From: Balanoglossus misakiensis
Lineage: Eukaryota; Animalia; Hemichordata
Length of the DNA: 64,000 bases
NCBI GenBank assembly: GCA_040954595.2
Contig: CM082583.2
Span: 7,190,849 to 7,254,848, forward strand
Reading direction: 5' to 3'
Each line of letters starts with the position of its first letter. Position 1 is the first letter of the stretch. Shown here one piece after another: positions 56,401 through 64,000 of the stretch. The position numbers and the translations under genes were made by a program. Below the pieces are notes generated by a model, which did no database searches, was not told where the DNA came from, and saw only the letters and a program-made list of their open reading frames with translations.

Positions 56401-58840
56401 CAGTCTTTTAAAGGTCATTTGACCAGCCCCTAAACGAGGCCTCTTTGTCAAGGTTACAGACAATGGTTAGTATCCACGAACTTCAGTAAGCCAAACACAA
56501 ATATCGACTCTCACTGTAATATTGAAAACTGAAAAGACCAATTATGTTTTAGCTTACAATTCACGAAATTTTGTCAAAAACAAAATATTTAATGCCGTTT
56601 CCAGTGAATAAACCCACGATTGAAACTGCCCAGATGAATTATTTATAAGGTCTCAATAAAAAGAACATCGCCTTTTCCAACAAGACTATTAAAATAAGTG
56701 TGTTGTTGAAATTCTAACCTAGATGTTGTAACCTAATGAAAATGTAAATTTTGCTGTTATTTTTATGAAGATATTTTGAAATATTTGTAAACATTTCTTG
56801 TGCTTCTGATGGCATAAACTCCAGTATACAAAGACATGTCAATATACAATGGCACTGATGTTTCCATGGAGACATAATCTTCTTCCTGGCTCCCTCTGAC
56901 GTGTTTCCATGGAGACGTACAATCATTCAGCTGCTTAGAAACAACAGAATGTCGTCAAGGTTTTTTCCCCAAAAAAAGTAATACTTGAAGTATTTGCTAA
57001 CCCCTCAACGTTTCTGTAAATTTTAATGAATGTTCACAAATAATCCAATCTTTGAAATCACCAGGTAGCTGAATAAACATTTCTTGTATTAAAATTCGGA
57101 TGACTATTAAAACACAAGGAATGAGTGATTTTGAAAAAAAGTATTATAATAATTTACTCATATTTGATTTGAATGCGATGCCAAAATTTACCACAGTTCA
57201 TGACTAGCACACTGACATATCCGATTGATGGGCATATGAAAAATAATCCTCTTTTAATTTGCTTTGTTTTCAGGAATAGCTGATAAGGTGAAGGAAAATG
57301 CTGCAGTTGAAATAGAACTTGAAAAGATCGGCCGACAGAAAGCAGAAGCCACCACTGCCAAACTTAAACGCCAGTGTGATCAGCAATCTGTAAGTCAAAA
57401 TATAATTACTGGAATATTCTTTGTGATGTGTTTTCTTTGATTTTTCATTTCACGTCAAAAATATTTTTAGATTAACAGGTGTTATAAATTTTGATTATGA
57501 TTGACAATCATGTCCTAATGAAAGGCAATTTCCATTTTAATGCAAAGATTTTTTTTCTTTTTCAATCTTACAGAAGGAGATTTCGTTTCTGAAGGATTTA
57601 CTACGTCAGCACAACATTGAGTCACTACAGATGAATGGAAGTGTTGCAGTTGACAACTCAACTCATACAGGTGATGAACTTGACCTTTGACACGAAATTT
57701 CTCATTACAGTTTATCATATGTTACACTTGAAATTGATCATTGATGAATGGCATTTTCTACTTGCTGACTCAAGAGGGCGCCTTTTCAAAACTCCTGTGC
57801 GCATTTTTTTCTGGCAGAACTTCTCAAATTTGAGGGCAAGAAGCAAGGCTCATCAACCACCTCACCAGGGACCACTAACACCAACTCACCAACATTTACA
57901 GAGAGAAAAAGCATCAGTAGCTTGGATGAAGTCGGCCAGAGTGAAAAGTTTGCCACAGTCGCGTCGCAAGCTATTCTGCAGTCGGCCATGATGGACCTGG
58001 CCAATCAGATGGAAAACGAGAAGAATATCCACATTCTGGAAAAAAATTCCGGCTTTGAAAAAAGAGGTACAGAGACTAATAACCAAATTGAAAAATTACT
58101 GGAATTGCTTCATTAATATGTAACGTATTTGGCCTGTACAGACAGTATGTCTCTCACCGAACAGAGATACATCAGTCTGTTTATAACCCTTTTGGGTCTG
58201 TTTTTTTCTCTCATTTAGGTTCAACAACCTCTGATGTCAACACACGCAAAACTGCAGCAGATCACAAAGTGCCAGGCATCCATGAACAAAAAGGTTGTAC
58301 GTTAATTCTTAGTCAGTTCTATAAATGGTTCCACAATACATAAACTAACTACACTACAGACTACATCCACAAGTTGTCATTTTTATCAGAAACTGACTTA
58401 CAATAGGTGACTCTTCACTGTCATGTCAAAGCTTGTGTTAAATTGCAAGACAAAATATAGAATTATGTATAAATATGAATTTTAATTCAAATATAAACCT
58501 GGATACTAATGGGGTCCTATCTTGTTATTTCAGACTCAGATTCTGCTATTTCAGTGGAGAATCCACTGCCTGCGAACTCACGGGTAAGCCAGGATTCACA
58601 ACTAACCGATTTAGACACTCTGAATCTGGAGCTGGCTGAAATAAGGCGGATTTCAGAAGAGGCATTACTACAGGACTTTACAACTCCACTTGAAGGCATA
58701 GACAATGTAAGTCAATTTTTCATTCAGTTATTACTTCTTTATTGTCATTTTTACTCTGAATTTTTTTTATGCAATTATTTGGACATTACACTGTTTTTCC
58801 CTTTTTTCTACAGCCGGCAATACCAACAACGTCACTCTGA
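47444..58840 (+). CDS. Voltage-sensor-only protein of the Hv1 (HVCN1)/TMEM266 family with atypical signature residues, 419 aa, 12 exons
   Basis: Exons 47444-47460, 47584-47688, 54347-54474, 54831-54910, 55268-55321, 55898-56036, 57274-57389, 57574-57670, 57818-58066, 58219-58293, 58534-58706, 58814-58840 (1260 nt, all phases match). S1 IIQWLVILFAVLTCLLATTELLL, S2 VLHYVSFMLLLVFLLEVLLRV, S3 LEVFDGFVVVLAFTLDLSL, S4 LVIILRLCRIRIVTKGI, coiled coil CDQQSKEISFLKDLLRQHN (cf. Hv1 EIERLNKLLRQHG), C-terminus ...PTTSL. The N-terminal two exons are the least certain. Confidence 0.85.
56266..56363. mobile_element. piggyBac-type MITE, degenerate copy 3 (in an Hv-like intron)
   Basis: TAACCCCTGTCACCACTATGGTTTGGTCC...GGACC...AAAAAGGGGTTGA, similar to the copies at 16855 and 19686. 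Confidence 0.5.
56860..56916. promoter_or_regulatory. Tandem pair of identical RFX X-boxes (GTTTCCATGGAGAC) in intron 6 of the Hv-like gene
   Basis: Copies at 56860-56873 and 56903-56916; the reverse complement GTCTCCATGGAAAC fits the X-box consensus. Confidence 0.55.
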
Positions 58841-61800
58841 AATCTGAACTTTGCCAATAGCAACAATCACTTCATATTGAACTGCTTGACGTCTGACTGT
58901 CCCAAGCGTAAACAAGCCAATCAGCATCCTGCCAGCCCCCCTTTTGCAGTGGATTGGGCCATTCTTACTACATGTAAACTGCGTGGATCATTCCAAGATT
59001 TAAGAGAGAAAGGGGTCTGAGAGACTTTGGGAGAGACGCTGTGCCTTAATGACGCAAGAACTGTATTGTGTTTTTTGTCATGAAAAGTGAGGAAAAAGTG
59101 AAAACAAACAGCATTCAAAAACAAAAATAAAGATTACACCTTTATTTGCTTCATATTTTAATTTTATAGGCCAACATCTGCAAAATATTAGAAGTTTTGA
59201 CGGAGTCCCTTGACTCTAGCTGTAGTGTCATATCAGTATGTTGACAAAAGGCGCCACCGGTGCTTGTGCACAAACGAACCCTTTGTTTTTATGTTAATTA
59301 GCTCAAGATATAACCAGGCCTATCTGTAGGTAACTGGGTGAAATCATGTCACAAAATGAGGGATTTGTTGAGCTGTATATACACACATACACATATTTGC
59401 AAATTCTGCCTTGAACATATAACATATAGACTGCAGGGTTGATGAGTAAAAAGTTTATTAGCCTGATCAGAGGGGGGGGGGGATTGTTTCCAAAGTACAA
59501 TTAATTTTTTATATATTATATGATGCTTTATTTTGAAATTGTTCAGCTGCCTGTATCCCATCCCTTCTTTCGTGTGTAAAATAGGGTGGCTCAACTTGTT
59601 TACAAGGAATGGAATGTTCCATTGGATGAATAATGGGGGGAGGAAGTTACATCATGGAGTGTGATGTGCAATCCTTTGCATCTGATGAAAAAACATTCAC
59701 TTTTAAGCATATTTTTTTCGTTTCAAACAAGTAATATTTTATGAAGAGTTTTATCTGAAAGTTTTATGTTTTGAGAAATATTGCAGGATTTTTCCTTTTA
59801 CTATTTCAAGATTTTTTTTTAAATTGAGAAAGTTATTTTTCGAGACAGTTAATGTTGATTTTATCAAATTTAGAAGCACAACTCATTTTTAATGTACAAA
59901 TGTACATGTATTTGAGGTCAACATTATTGTGCACTCATGCTGTGAGGGTTAATTTTTCGTTGTTTGAAGTACAGTTATGTCACTCGAATATAGCGATGAG
60001 AATATCACAGTCCGTCTCATATTTGCTGAGTGAAAATGTCAAGAGTACTGATCACCCGATGAAGATTTTTTATGAGTATTTCATACAATGAAGCGTACTT
60101 AAAATCCGTGCTCTACCTTTGCACCAATCAAAGTTCATTTATAGGATTACCCACAATGCCATGTTCTATCATATGATCCCACCGCTCGGTAAGACGCAAA
60201 ATGCAATATGAATTTTTTTGATAATTATTTTCTTAATCAATTCCAATTCAAGTAATAAATTTGATGGTATGACAGCATTTTTTTCCACGTGACACTTTGT
60301 GATGTCATGATGGACAGAAAAAACTTTGATTTGTTATACAGTTCATATAAGTTAAGACCTAAAGATCCGTTTTCTTGACTAAAGTTCAACGAAAATTTCA
60401 AGGAAAACCTAGAACAACGTTGTCAGTATGCTTGTGCTGGTCATATCATCAAATTATTTTATCATTTTAAATTTAAAAATCCATAAAATACTGTAACAGT
60501 ATGAGAAATATATTTCAGCATTTTCAATATTTTTTGATGTTCTGATATCACACTGTTGCTCATATCTTGGTATTCTCCCCCTGTCTATCCTTGAGGAAAA
60601 AACCCGACATTTTGTACATTTTTGCACCAAAAATGAATAAAACAATGTATTCAAAAGTGCATAGCGCCATCTTCAGTTTGTGCGTTGCTTTCATTCGTTT
60701 TGGTGGCGCTGTAACGGAGCCGGCTGGGCTGCCGAATGATATCGTTCTAATGCCATTGCTATAAGAGAGCAGGTTTTACGGAAATGTTGAACTTTGCATT
60801 TACCAAGTGATTTATAGATGGATGTGGCGACAGTGATTGCGCCGTCACTATTTTATAAGGTTGCTGCAGAACTAGTCAAATATACATGATTCGTTAATGA
60901 AAGCAAAGACCGTTTCAATTTATCTTGAGTCCCGACTGAAGTCGGAGCGAACAAAACGTTTACATTTTATTACTGGAAATCGTGAATAATTGATCAGTAT
61001 GTGAAAGAAAGGGGAACGAACAATTACTTAGAATTACCTCGGTTAAGGGGGTTCATGAGCTGACAATAGACTAGGCAATGTATTTCTCAAGTCTGTAGGA
61101 CATAATGATTGCGCGCAGTACACATAGGAACAGAGACGCGAATACCAGGTGGGAATTGGGTTTCGGGTCACTTGTCACCGGGGGCGGCTGGGATTACTGA
61201 TTTTCTTTTCGCGGGGGAAGTACATTTATCTTCCTTGTAAGTTAAAGGTCTCGTCTGCAGTGGCCCTAGTAACACCTGATTTACAAGCATTCAAGTTATC
61301 TGGTTGCTTTGGCGGAATGGGCTCAAAGATTTTTTTTTTCAGACATAGTCTGTTCTACTTCAGTCCAGTGTTTGGTCACAATTTGTGATGAGGCGAAAGT
61401 TGCCTCCACTCCGCATTATGTTAGCTCCAGAAGTCATATCAAACTCTGTGGTTACCATGGCTACTCACCAGACCAGCCGGATTTTTAATAATAAATCCGT
61501 GCATCGGCCGAATAAAACGGATAATGAATTATTGAAATCAAAGGCAAACATCACACTCTTCTGGTTTCTGAACGCGGGTGCATGATGACACAAATTTTTA
61601 TCGAAGCCTGATTTGCATTAAGAACGCCGCATCCACGGACTAAGCATCCATGTTTAATATGGCCCGCAGGCTCTCACTAAGATGGATGGTTACCATTAAA
61701 AACGGAACGCTGTAACGTAGAGTACACCTTAACTCTGACGGGGTTAGACGAATTTTAAGTTTTCAGAGAGCCGTGAGTGTGACTAAAACAACACACCTCT

Positions 61801-64000
61801 TTCATCAAAGTGAGTTCAAACAGCTATTCTTAAACTACTAGGATTCGGAAAAGTTTCGATAATGCTTGGAGTTTAATAGCAGCTTTAACTTGTCATGATA
61901 ACATAATTTTCAAATGGTTCCCGTCAGTTTGTTTGTGTCTTCTCGGGTGGGACCATCCCTCTCTATTTTGTCTCTCTATGTTTTGTAGCAACTGCTGGAG
62001 AAACTTGTTCGCTTACCTGCTTCTGTAGTGCTTTCCATGGGAGTAGCGTATTACCATGGTCAAACTGTGACACCAACCGTTCAATATCACCACCGTAGTC
62101 AGTATCAGAAGTATCAGGGAAGTTGACAAGGTCCATTCTGACCAGTGGCAAACACGAAAATGGCGTGGCAGGCCATCCACGAGACTGGAACAAAATCTAA
62201 ATATACACAGAGCGAGCATGTACTTGACCAATCAGATTAAAAGAGTTTACTTCTACACAGGTGGTACATGTCTCTGTATTCATGCAGATTTGCATTGTCT
62301 GCGATGGGTCAATCTCCCAATCTTCTATACCAGGTTCATAAATGACCGCTGTGAGCTATGGGTCACCCATTCCATTGTTGGTGTTCAAATCAAAGTCAGT
62401 ACATTTATCGACAGTAAAGTTTTTAGACACGATTTGGATGTTTATCGTGGTATAAGTCGTTAATCGCTACTCGTAGGTGTGTTGTAACAGTTTTAAACAC
62501 CATACTGCAGCTGATGGTCACTGCGATTATATTTACTAACCATTTTACACATTTAAATCGGAATTAAAATTGGTGGATATAAGTGATCATGAGATAGGCT
62601 TTACTAGTAAATTCTTTTTGAAAAAAAAAATCTGAAGCCGTGATGATTTGTAGAAACAACTGCATCGCATTTTACGTTGCGAAATAAATATAATCTGAAA
62701 TCAGATTTCGAGGGAAATCTCTGCTTTGCACGCACACTTTGACAAAAGAAGTGGCTATATTCACCTCGAAAGATCATTTTCACATTGATGGAAGCAAACA
62801 TGGGGATATTTTTCATGATTTGATCCAATTAAATGACGCACTTTAATAGGCTTCGCAAGAACATGAAAGAAGTGCGATTAAAAATTCATGCCGGCGTAAT
62901 AGAAATCTACGTGTGTGTCATCGCCCCGTCGATGGAGACAAATGAAAGTTTGCACTGGAATTCATAAATATTTGATGGTTTATATGGGGATCCTATCAAA
63001 TAATAAAAAGCCAATCAAAACTCGCTTATCATTTCATATATCACACGGATCTCTTGGACAGCTGAAGAAGAAAGCGGGAAGAAAGACGAGCATTTAGAGG
63101 TCGACTCGCTGAGCAAGCGACACCACAAATGGAACTGCGCCTCCTTGTGACCGTTTTTGGAAACGAGATGATCTCAAATTCAAAGGTGGCTTTGATTCTC
63201 GTTGAATTTCCCTGACTACACTAAGAGTACTTTAACCCGCACCCGTTTTTTTTAAATACAACAATGTGCTGTAAATTAATTCATCATTGTTGTCATGTTT
63301 ATATAATAGGCCAACATTCATATCAAAGGAGAATGACAGCTCTACAATACACATGCAGTTGGCCACATTGTCCTGCCATCGTCAGACTTGACATTCAACG
63401 AAAGTTGTATCTTTCCTGTGTACGAATCGAAGACACTGGAAAGGATTGTGGTGTCCTTCTGAAGTCAGAATAATTCAAAATCAACCGATCAAAACGCAGA
63501 GGACATATTTTGCCCGCTATCTGATATTTTAGATCGTTGGTGCTTGGTTAAATTTTGATGACAAAAATTACTCGGGTGTTATAAATATTGGAAGGACGTA
63601 ATGTGTCTTTAAATCAGCGATAATAATGAATTATTGTATGAATAATATTATGGCATTAAATATTAACATTTTAATTCAACACCATTGCAAAGCCCGCGGC
63701 TATGTGCCGTTATAGCACATGATGCTAGCTCATGCCAGATTGATGCGAATTCTGGAAGACAAAACGCAATGATTTACGCTCCTGTAGTTTTTGTGTGATA
63801 TTTCATTTTTCCATGAAGGAACTCGCATCAAATTATAAATTTCGATGTTATTTTGACAGTTGTATTACAGCAAAGGCGTTAAAATGCGATTTTTATAAGT
63901 TGAATTCGTTGATTAGGGCAAATATATGTGACTTTCAATGGAACGGAGACCATGGAAACAAATAATATCACTGGTATGCGCCTGACCTCAGGACAGAAAA

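Overview
Eukaryotic, intron-rich genomic DNA from a marine invertebrate (deuterostome/hemichordate-like by gene structure and composition; this is inference). There are no prokaryotic features. Six spliced protein-coding genes could be reconstructed by hand with GT-AG junctions, arranged as three consecutive head-to-head pairs: TBCA(-)/secreted His-rich JmjC oxygenase(+), AP-3 beta(-)/SCAMP(+), and ZNF474-like C2HC zinc finger(-)/Hv1-TMEM266-like voltage-sensor protein(+). The first ~10.5 kb is CpG-rich and apparently non-coding, apart from the probable start of a membrane-protein gene running off the left edge. Most notable: (1) SCAMP has two consecutive pairs of duplicated, apparently mutually exclusive exons (TM3 7a/7b; TM4 8a/8b), with distinct exclusion mechanisms and nearby ACUAAC/UGCAUG motif clusters; (2) a 12-exon Hv1-like protein whose proton-channel signature residues are replaced (D112->T, W207->C, R211->I, N214->K) and which lies among several RFX X-boxes next to a cilia-associated gene; (3) a signal-peptide JmjC enzyme with a 29-His tract and a Cys-rich tail. 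Novelty could not be checked against databases.
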